Assembly: GCA_963836505.1 (NCBI GenBank)
Contig: CAWIJU010000001.1
Coordinates: 85,387 to 149,386 of the forward strand
DNA: 64,000 bases
Reading direction: 5' to 3'
Source: an uncultured Flavobacteriaceae bacterium
Lineage (GTDB): Bacteria > Bacteroidota > Bacteroidia > Flavobacteriales > Flavobacteriaceae
Positions 16,686 to 24,213 of the stretch are shown one piece after another. The notes under the pieces were generated by a model. It saw only the letters and a program-made list of their open reading frames with translations. It was not told where the DNA came from and did no database searches. How positions within the stretch are numbered: the stretch's first letter is position 1; every line of letters starts with the position of its first letter. Position numbers and translations under genes: made by a program.

Positions 16686-18590
16686 ATGCTCAATATTCAC
16701 GATCTCACCATTTCATTCGCCGGAGAAGATTTATTTTCCAATATTACCTTCAAATTGAACAGTGGAGATAGAGTTGGTCTTGTTGGTAAGAACGGTGCAG
16801 GAAAATCTACTTTGTTAAAAATTATTTCCGGAGAACAGGAATACGACAAAGGGAGTATGGCCATGGAAAGAGATTTGAGTATCGGTTTTTTAAAGCAGGA
16901 TATAGACTTTGTAGAGGGTAGAACCGTTCTGGAAGAATCTTACGAGGCTTTTGTTGAGATCAGAGAAATAGAAGAAAAGCTCTTCAAGGTAAATACTGAA
17001 TTAGCCGAAAGAACAGATTATGAGAGCGATTATTATCACGACCTGATCCATGAATTGGATGTATTGACACATCGTTACGAAGTACTTGGCGGTTATAGTT
17101 ATCAGGGGGAAACGGAAAAAATTCTTACCGGACTAGGATTTAAATCAAGGGATTTTGATAAAAAGACGGAAACATTTTCGGGTGGCTGGAGAATGAGGAT
17201 CGAACTGGCTAAATTGCTCTTGCAAAATCATGATATATTACTTTTGGACGAACCGACCAATCATCTGGACATTGAGTCGATCATATGGTTCGAGAATTTT
17301 CTAAAAGGTTTTAACGGGGCTGTTTTATTGGTTTCTCACGATAAAATGTTTTTAGATAATGTGACCAACCGAACCATAGAAATATCTCTCGGGAGTATTT
17401 ACGACTACAAAAAACCTTATTCAGCCTATTTGCTTGTGCGAGGTGAAATAAGGGAAAAGCAATTACAGGCTCAAAAAAATCAGGAAAAGGAGATCAAGCA
17501 AACCGAACAATTGATCGAAAAGTTCAGAGCAAAAGCCAATAAGGCTTCTATGGCGCAATCTCTGATAAAAAAATTGAACAGAGTTGAAAGGATAGAAGTA
17601 GATGCCGAAGATAATTCTGTAATGAAAGTTCGTTTTCCTATGTCGGTTGCCCCCGGTAAAGTTGTGGTAGAAACCGAAAAATTATCTAAATCATATGGAG
17701 ATAAACATGTCCTGGAGGATATTGATTTATCCATTGAGCGCGGCGCGCGTATCGCATTTGTCGGTCAGAACGGTCAGGGGAAATCGACTTTAGCTAAAAT
17801 TATTGTCGGTGAACTGGACCATACGGGAAAACTAAAATTAGGCCATAATGTTCAAATCGGATATTTTGCCCAAAATCAATCAGAGTATTTGAACGGAGAA
17901 ATAACGCTCTTACAAACGATGGAAGATGCGGCAAACGATACGAATCGTTCAAAAGTTCGCGATATGTTGGGAGCTTTTTTATTTCGAGGAGATGAGGTGG
18001 AAAAAAAAGTAAAAGTACTTTCAGGTGGTGAAAAGAACAGGTTGGCCTTGTGTAAAATGTTATTGCAGCCATTTAATTTTTTGGTGATGGATGAGCCCAC
18101 CAATCACCTGGATATCGCATCTAAAAATGTACTCAAACAGGCGCTTCAGAAATTTGAAGGAACGCTGATCGTAGTCTCGCACGACAGAGATTTCTTACAA
18201 GGACTCACATCGAAAGTCTATGAGTTCAAGGAGGAACATATCAAAGAGTATTTGGGGGATATCAATTACTTTTTGGAGGAATACCAAATGGATAATTTTA
18301 GAGAGGTTGAAAAAAACTATCAAAAGTCAAGACCTATTGAGGAAGTTTCGGTCAAAAAATCAGACGGGAAGAATCAAAAGGAGAGCAAAATGCTTCAGAA
18401 TAAGTTGAAAAAAGTAGAAAACAGCGTTACAAGTTTAGAGGAAGAGATCAAGAGGATGGATGAAAAATTAATTTCAGGTTCTAATGATGTAACCAAAGAT
18501 TCCAATTTCTTTTTACAGTACGAGGAGAAGAAATTAAAGTTGGCAGAGTTGATGGACGAATGGGAAAAAATACAAATAGCAATGGAATAA
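16686..18590 (+). CDS. ABC-F family ATPase (two ABC cassettes, no TM domain), 634 aa
   Basis: Two Walker A sites (GKNGAGKST, GQNGQGKST), two signature motifs (FSGGWRMR, LSGGEKNR), an inter-domain linker and a C-terminal coiled coil. Confidence 0.93.
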   Translation: MLNIHDLTISFAGEDLFSNITFKLNSGDRVGLVGKNGAGKSTLLKIISGEQEYDKGSMAMERDLSIGFLKQDIDFVEGRTVLEESYEAFVEIREIEEKLFKVNTELAERTDYESDYYHDLIHELDVLTHRYEVLGGYSYQGETEKILTGLGFKSRDFDKKTETFSGGWRMRIELAKLLLQNHDILLLDEPTNHLDIESIIWFENFLKGFNGAVLLVSHDKMFLDNVTNRTIEISLGSIYDYKKPYSAYLLVRGEIREKQLQAQKNQEKEIKQTEQLIEKFRAKANKASMAQSLIKKLNRVERIEVDAEDNSVMKVRFPMSVAPGKVVVETEKLSKSYGDKHVLEDIDLSIERGARIAFVGQNGQGKSTLAKIIVGELDHTGKLKLGHNVQIGYFAQNQSEYLNGEITLLQTMEDAANDTNRSKVRDMLGAFLFRGDEVEKKVKVLSGGEKNRLALCKMLLQPFNFLVMDEPTNHLDIASKNVLKQALQKFEGTLIVVSHDRDFLQGLTSKVYEFKEEHIKEYLGDINYFLEEYQMDNFREVEKNYQKSRPIEEVSVKKSDGKNQKESKMLQNKLKKVENSVTSLEEEIKRMDEKLISGSNDVTKDSNFFLQYEEKKLKLAELMDEWEKIQIAME

Positions 18591-18628
18591 AAAAATCCCA
18601 AAGAGAATTTTTTAAATTTTCTTTGGGA
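18589..18628. terminator. Hairpin between convergent ABC-F and DUF4136 genes
   Basis: TCCCAAAGA (18596-18604) / TCTTTGGGA (18620-18628) form a 9-bp stem with an AT-rich 15-nt loop. The A7 run at 18589-18595 supplies a T-run for the minus-strand transcript. Confidence 0.5.
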
Positions 18629-18690
18629 TACCTTCCCGCTTATCAATTTAAACCAAAACCATAAGAAACATTAAAACAAAGGCTCATTCA

Positions 18691-19263
18691 CTAATCGACT
18701 GCAGGAGGATATTGAGTGAGAATTTTACTCACGAATTCATTTATTTTTTCTTCTTTTTTATCTACATTTTTATAATCGGATAGTATGGATGTTCCCATCC
18801 CTTGCCAGGCTAGCTCTTTCCTTTTCATATCGATCAAATCAATGAACAAAGTACCTTCTGTAGACTGAACCACATTGGTGAATCCTGGACCATATCCCCA
18901 ACCAAATCCGGGACCATAGCCACCCCAGCCCCAGCCGTAATACCAGGGGTACCATCCCATATATCCGTTATTATAAACATCGATACGCTCTTTGGATTTC
19001 GCAAAAATATTTACAAGTAGATCCGGATCTTCAGATTTTTCTATGCCTTTGGCGGCCATTTCTCTCTCAACGGCCCGCAGTATCCTTCTTTTGTCTAAGT
19101 CTGAGATTTCTAATTTATCAATACCTTTTTTATAAAATGCATAGGTTTTGTATTGGCTAAAATCAACCGTTTTGTCATAATCGCTCGAAATTGTAACCGT
19201 AGAGCAACCAAGTGACAGGGCGGCAAATACACTTAAAACTAGTCCAATTCTAAAAATTTTCAT
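18691..19263 (-). CDS. DUF4136-like lipoprotein with a Gly/Trp/Tyr-rich insert
   Basis: Lipoprotein signal MKIFRIGLVLSVFAALSLGC. The SSDYDKTVDFSQYKTYAF start is typical of DUF4136 as I remember it. The track start at 19290 is trimmed to the ATG at 19263. Confidence 0.65.
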   Translation of the reverse strand: MKIFRIGLVLSVFAALSLGCSTVTISSDYDKTVDFSQYKTYAFYKKGIDKLEISDLDKRRILRAVEREMAAKGIEKSEDPDLLVNIFAKSKERIDVYNNGYMGWYPWYYGWGWGGYGPGFGWGYGPGFTNVVQSTEGTLFIDLIDMKRKELAWQGMGTSILSDYKNVDKKEEKINEFVSKILTQYPPAVD

Positions 19264-19280
19264 CAGTCTCAAAATTAAAA

Positions 19281-21273
19281 TTAAAGCCACCGATCATCTA
19301 CTTCATTGGGCAAAGTCACTTTCAGTTTAGGTTCTATTTCCATCGCTTTTTTTGCTGTAAAAATTGCCCCTTTGTTCCTGGCCCAACCTCTTCTGGCGAT
19401 GCCATTATTTACATCCCAAAAGAGCATCGATTTTAATCGGTTGCTTGTATCATCTGAACCATCAAGAACCATACCAAATCCACCATTGATCACTTCGCCC
19501 CAGCCTACACCACCGCCATTGTGAATTGAAACCCATGTCGCTCCTCTAAAACTATCCCCAATCACATTTTGAATGGCCATATCGGCCGTAAAACTGGAAC
19601 CGTCGTAGATGTTGGCCGTTTCTCTGTAAGGAGAATCAGTGCCTGAGACATCGTGATGATCTCTACCAAGCACTACAGGAGCTGATATTTCCTTATTCTT
19701 AATCGCTTGGTTAAAAGCTTCAGCGATAGAAATTCTTCCGACCGCATCGGCATATAAAATCCTGGCTTTTGATCCTACAACCAGGTTATTTTTTTTGGCA
19801 TTGGCTATCCAATGTATGTTATCCTGTAATTGCTGTTTGATCTCTTTAGGAGAATTCTATTTGAATTTTTTTTAGAACCTCCAGTGCAATTTGGTCTGTT
19901 TTGTCCAGGTCTTCTTGATTACCTGATGTGCAGACCCATCTAAATGGACCGAATCCGAAATCAAAACACATGGGGCCCATTATATCTTCTACATATGATG
20001 GGTATCTGAATTTGTCACCTGTCTCATTAAAGATATCTGCACCAGCCCTGGAAGCTTCTAATAAAAAAGCATTGCCATAATCGAAGAAATACATCCCGTT
20101 TTCCGCCTGTTTGTTGATTGCAGAGGTTTGTCTTTTTAAAGAATTTTGTACGGCCAATTTAAATTTTTCAGGATTCTTGCGCATGAGTTCATTGGATTCT
20201 TTAAAAGTCAGACCAACCGGATAATAGCCTCCGGACCATGGATTATGCAGCGAGGTTTGGTCACTTCCCAAATCGACTTTGATATCTTCGTCATTAAATT
20301 TTTCCCATACATCCACTATATTTCCAAGAAAAGCGATAGACCTAACTAATTTTTCCTCCTGTGCTTTTCGAACACTTTTAATGAGATCATCTAGGTCTTG
20401 ACAAACCTCATCCACCCATTTTTGCTCGTATCTGGTTTGAACAACTTTTGGATTGATCTCCGCACATACAGTAATACATCCTGCAATATTACCGGCTTTG
20501 GGCTGAGCTCCACTCATTCCACCCAAACCTGAGGTGAGGAATAATTTTCCTGTAAGTCCCTCATCGTTTTTCGCAATCATTCTGCCGGCATTTAAAACGG
20601 TAATGGTGGTACCGTGAACAATTCCCTGAGGACCGATATACATATAGCTACCTGCAGTCATTTGTCCGTATTGGGTTACACCCAGCGCATTGAATTTTTC
20701 CCAATCATCCGGTTTGGAGTAGTTGGGTATCATCATACCATTGGTCACTACTACCCGTGGCGCATTGGTATGCGATGGGAATAAGCCTAAAGGATGACCT
20801 GAATACATCACCAATGTCTGGTCATCCTCCATCTCAGACAAGTACTGCATGGTTAAAGTGTATTGTGCCCAGTTTTGAAAGACCGCTCCATTGCCCCCAT
20901 AGGTTATCAGCTCTTGCGGATGTTGTGCTACTCTGTGGTCAAGGTTATTTTGGATCATATGCATAATGGCCTTTGCCTGGATACATTTTCCCGGGTATTC
21001 CTCAATAGGGCGAGCATACATTTTGTAATCAGGAATAAACCGGTACATATAAATTCGACCGTAAGTATCCAGTTCTTCGCGAAATTCATTTGCCAAAACA
21101 GGATGATGTTCCACTTTAAAATAGCGCAATGCATTTTTTACGGCCAGTTTCTTTTCGCTTTCTGATAAAATATCTTTTCTTTTTGGAGCGTGGTTCAATG
21201 TATTGTCGAATCCTTTTTTTTGCGGCAGATGATCAGGGATTCCTTGCGTGATAGTATCGTGAAATGTTTTCAT
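19281..21273 (-). pseudogene. hutU: Urocanate hydratase (long form, about 663 aa) interrupted by a single frameshift
   Basis: ORF 19846-21273 is the N-terminal 475 aa. The downstream frame stays open from 19856 to 19281 and continues the conserved sequence (PKEIKQQLQDNIHWI...ARILYADA...APVVLGRDHHDVSGTDSPYRET...). The frames can only be joined inside 19849-19856. Confidence 0.85.
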
Positions 21274-21288
21274 GGAAAGGTGATTTGC

Positions 21289-21447
21289 TTAATAGTTCGG
21301 TCTGTTCGGATCGAACCCGTAGGGACAGTGTCTGCAATTGTTTTTACAGCAATAACCTCGTTTCAGGTGGTATTTTTCAGTAAAAACCTTAAAGCCTTGT
21401 TCAGAGATGTAATAGTCCTCTGTGTCTAAATTATTGTTAAATTGCAT
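21289..21447 (-). CDS. Small Cys-rich protein, 52 aa (CCx3Cx2C motif; DUF5522-like)
   Basis: An ATG...TAA ORF absent from the supplied track, which lists nothing shorter than 60 aa: MQFNNNLDTEDYYISEQGFKVFTEKYHLKRGYCCKNNCRHCPYGFDPNRPNY. It lies 15 nt upstream of hutU on the same strand. Confidence 0.7.
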   Translation of the reverse strand: MQFNNNLDTEDYYISEQGFKVFTEKYHLKRGYCCKNNCRHCPYGFDPNRPNY

Positions 21448-21465
21448 GCGTAAAGGTATTTTTAA

Positions 21466-21813
21466 TTGCCTTTTTATTTGGTTGTTTCCATGTTAATATT
21501 TTCAAAATATTTATTTCTCCCTCGTTTTCATGCGCTTGCGATTTGGCCATTTATTATCCTAAAGTACAAAAAACTAAAGGATGATGAGGTGATCATCAAC
21601 CATGAAAAAATACATTTAAAACAGCAAATAGAAATGCTCTGGTTTTTTTACTTCATTTGGTATTTAGCTGAGTTTTTGTTTCATTTGATCCGGTATAGAA
21701 ACTTTATGAAGGCTTACAAGACCATCAGTTTTGAAAAGGAGGCCTATGCCAATGAACAGAATTTAAATTATTTAATAGAGAGAAAGTCTTGGAGTTTTCT
21801 GAACTATTTTTGA
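21466..21813 (+). CDS. Small membrane protein with an HExxH motif, 107-115 aa
   Basis: HEKIH is encoded at 21601-21615 between hydrophobic segments. The start is either TTG 21466 or ATG 21490. Confidence 0.55.
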   Translation: MPFYLVVSMLIFSKYLFLPRFHALAIWPFIILKYKKLKDDEVIINHEKIHLKQQIEMLWFFYFIWYLAEFLFHLIRYRNFMKAYKTISFEKEAYANEQNLNYLIERKSWSFLNYF

Positions 21814-22730
21814 AAGACCCTAAGGTCGAAACCACAAAACTCAAACTCGATTTTGAGGTCTCCCTTTTTGTGAAAAGGGAAGACAGCATACACCCTTTTA
21901 TTTCAGGGAACAAATTCAGAAAATTAAAATACAATTTATTGGAAGCCAAAGAAAAAGGGTTTCAACGGTTGCTCACTTTTGGCGGAGCCTATTCTAATCA
22001 CATCAGCGCAGTAGCTGCGTTAGGCCATGAATTTGGTTTTGAAACAATTGGAATTATTCGAGGGGAAGAATTGGCAAAAAATATGGAAAGTACTTTGTTG
22101 AGTAATCCAACTTTGAAATTTGCCAGAGATAAGGGTATGAAATTAGAGTTTGTCACTCGCGAGTACTACAGAGAGAAGGATAAGGATTATTTTATAGATA
22201 GATTAAGGCAAGATCATGGTGATTTTTTTTTAATCCCGGAAGGTGGAACCAACGATTTAGCCATAAAAGGTTGTGAAGAAATATTAGCGGAAGAAGATCG
22301 GCAATTTGATTTTATATGCGTGGCGGTAGGGACCGGCGGGACCATTGCCGGTCTCATCAATTCATCGGCGTCTCATCAAAGCATACTCGGTTTCCCGGCT
22401 TTAATGGGCGATTTTTTAAAAGGTGAAATAAATAAATACACAATAAGAAAAGAGGGATGGAGTTTAATAAATGACTATCATTTTGGTGGTTATGGAAAAG
22501 TTAACGAAGATTTAATTAATTTTATCAACAAATTTAATCATGAACAGCATATTCCATCAGATCCGGTTTACACAGGAAAAATGTTTTATGGTATTTTTGA
22601 TTTGATCAAAAAAGGATACTTTTTTAAAGGAGCAAAAATTCTTGCGGTACACACCGGTGGTTTACAAGGGATAAAAGGAATGAATTTAAGGTTTAAAAGA
22701 AAGAATAACCCACTCAGCATCTATGAATAG
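21789..22730 (+). CDS. PLP-dependent ACC deaminase / D-cysteine desulfhydrase family protein, 313 aa
   Basis: KREDSIHPFISGNKFRKLKYNL carries the family's PLP-lysine motif; GGAYSNH and GTGGT loops are present. No ATG precedes the conserved N-terminus, so a TTG start at 21789 is assumed. Confidence 0.85.
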   Translation: MEFSELFLKDPKVETTKLKLDFEVSLFVKREDSIHPFISGNKFRKLKYNLLEAKEKGFQRLLTFGGAYSNHISAVAALGHEFGFETIGIIRGEELAKNMESTLLSNPTLKFARDKGMKLEFVTREYYREKDKDYFIDRLRQDHGDFFLIPEGGTNDLAIKGCEEILAEEDRQFDFICVAVGTGGTIAGLINSSASHQSILGFPALMGDFLKGEINKYTIRKEGWSLINDYHFGGYGKVNEDLINFINKFNHEQHIPSDPVYTGKMFYGIFDLIKKGYFFKGAKILAVHTGGLQGIKGMNLRFKRKNNPLSIYE

Positions 22731-23583
22731 TTTATTAAAAATAGGATCTATTATATTAGTAATCTTGGCTTTTACAAGTTGTAAAAGCAATAAAAAGGCT
22801 GTAAGTTATAAAAACCCTCAGGCCAAGGTAATTGAGAAAGATCGTATTTCGACTTCACAGGAAAAGGATCAATTCAGGCAAATTGTGGCCATGAGTGATG
22901 AAGTTTTTGAAAAACTTGAAGAAAAATTAGGTTCGTCTTTAAACCCTTATACACTAGCGTACATAGACAATTACAAAGATATTGCGGTCAGAAAAATGAT
23001 AGAGTATAAAATTCCGGCGAGCATTACTTTGGCTCAGGGAGTTCTGGAATCCGGAAATGGGAGAAGTGAGCTCACAAAGAAAGCCAATAACCATTTTGGA
23101 ATAAAATGCCATAAAGGTTGGGACGGTAAAAAAGTTCATCACGATGATGATGAAAAGCATGAATGTTTTAGAAAATACAATCATCCGGAAGAATCTTTTG
23201 ACGACCATTCAATGTTTCTTACAAGTCGGTCTCGCTACGCCGGTTTATTTGAATTGGATTCAGATGATTATAAGGCTTGGGCCAAAGGGTTGAAAAATGC
23301 GGGATATGCCACAGATAGAAAATACCCGGATAAATTGATCAAGATCATCGAAGATTACAAATTGTATCAATACGATGATATAGTTTTAGGGGTTGATAAT
23401 AGCAAAAAGCGCACTAGGAAGAAGGAAGAGGAATTGGTGAGCAATAATTATGTTATCGTAAATAAAGGAGATACTTTGTATTCTATTGCCAAAAATAACA
23501 GCACTACTGTAGAACGAATAAAGGCTTTAAATTCTTTGACAGATAATAATCTGAATATTGGTCAAAAAATTTATCTCGATTAA
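22723..23583 (+). CDS. Lipoprotein with a glucosaminidase (FlgJ-like) domain and a C-terminal LysM domain, 286 aa
   Basis: Signal LVILAFTSC. Glucosaminidase-type LAQGVLESGNG...NNHFGIK segment. LysM segment YVIVNKGDTLYSIAKNNSTTVERIKALNSL...GQKIYL. It overlaps the upstream gene by 8 nt. Confidence 0.85.
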   Translation: MNSLLKIGSIILVILAFTSCKSNKKAVSYKNPQAKVIEKDRISTSQEKDQFRQIVAMSDEVFEKLEEKLGSSLNPYTLAYIDNYKDIAVRKMIEYKIPASITLAQGVLESGNGRSELTKKANNHFGIKCHKGWDGKKVHHDDDEKHECFRKYNHPEESFDDHSMFLTSRSRYAGLFELDSDDYKAWAKGLKNAGYATDRKYPDKLIKIIEDYKLYQYDDIVLGVDNSKKRTRKKEEELVSNNYVIVNKGDTLYSIAKNNSTTVERIKALNSLTDNNLNIGQKIYLD

Positions 23584-23613
23584 AAAAAAGGCATTTCGAA
23601 AGAAATGCCTTTT
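23582..23613. terminator. Bidirectional intrinsic terminator between convergent genes
   Basis: A8 (23582-23589), stem GGCATTTC (23590-23597) / GAAATGCC (23602-23609), GAAA loop, then TTTT (23610-23613). Confidence 0.8.
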
Positions 23614-23628
23614 CGTTGAAATAGTTCA

Positions 23629-24075
23629 TTATTGATTTGGTTTTGGTGCTTTATGACCTTTTCCTTGTTTATGCATTCTCTTCATTTTATCTTTTCGTTT
23701 ACTATTGGTGTCTGACCATTTCTTGAATTGCTCTTCGTTCAATATCTTTTTCAAATTATCCTGATACGCTAATTGCATGTCCAGCATTTCATTTTTCATT
23801 TTGAACTTGTCATCAGAACTCACCTCTCCTTTTTCTTTGAGTTTTGCCATTTTATCCATGTGCACTTTTCTTTGTTCAGCCTGTTTTTGGTTCAATGTCA
23901 TTAAACTTTTTTGCTGGGAATCATTTAGAGCCAGGTCTAAGGCCATTTGTTTGGTTTGCAAAGTAGCTTGTTGTTCAGGATTTAATTTTTTAAAATCTTC
24001 TTTTCTTTGATCTTGATGTTGGGCATATCCTATAGTGGTGATGACCATTGCTAATAAAAGAGTTAATTTTTTCAT
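23629..24075 (-). CDS. Secreted helical Lys/Gln-rich protein (Spy/CpxP-like periplasmic protein?)
   Basis: Signal peptide MKKLTLLLAMVITTIGYAQ, followed by repeated helical Q/K/E-rich segments. The track start at 24108 is trimmed to the ATG at 24075. The family assignment is only a guess. Confidence 0.4.
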   Translation of the reverse strand: MKKLTLLLAMVITTIGYAQHQDQRKEDFKKLNPEQQATLQTKQMALDLALNDSQQKSLMTLNQKQAEQRKVHMDKMAKLKEKGEVSSDDKFKMKNEMLDMQLAYQDNLKKILNEEQFKKWSDTNSKRKDKMKRMHKQGKGHKAPKPNQ

Positions 24076-24201
24076 GTGTTTAAATTTTAGGATTTTATAA
24101 TAAGACAAGTGCCTGATTAAAAGGTTTAATTTTTAATCATAATTTAACGGATCAAAAATTGTTGAAAAAAGAAGAGTAATTAATATCTAGCTATTTTAGA
24201 C

Positions 24202-24209
24202 TATTTTTG
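24202..24209 (+). promoter_or_regulatory. Sigma-A -7 box (TATTTTTG) only 4 nt from the ygiQ ATG
   Basis: Exact TAnnTTTG. The ATG is at 24214. Confidence 0.3.
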
Positions 24210-24213
24210 CAGC

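Noticed and set aside
19866-19873. The A8/T8 homopolymer near the hutU break as the frameshift site, or as a programmed slippery site.
   Set aside because: The downstream frame has a TAG at 19857-19859 between the homopolymer and the resumption of conserved sequence. A shift in the homopolymer therefore cannot restore the protein; the lesion must lie in 19849-19856.
21190-21429. Tracked 79-aa plus-strand ORF between hutU and the HExxH gene.
   Set aside because: It overlaps the hutU 5' end and is antisense to the 52-codon Cys-rich ORF, which has a far more protein-like, motif-bearing translation.
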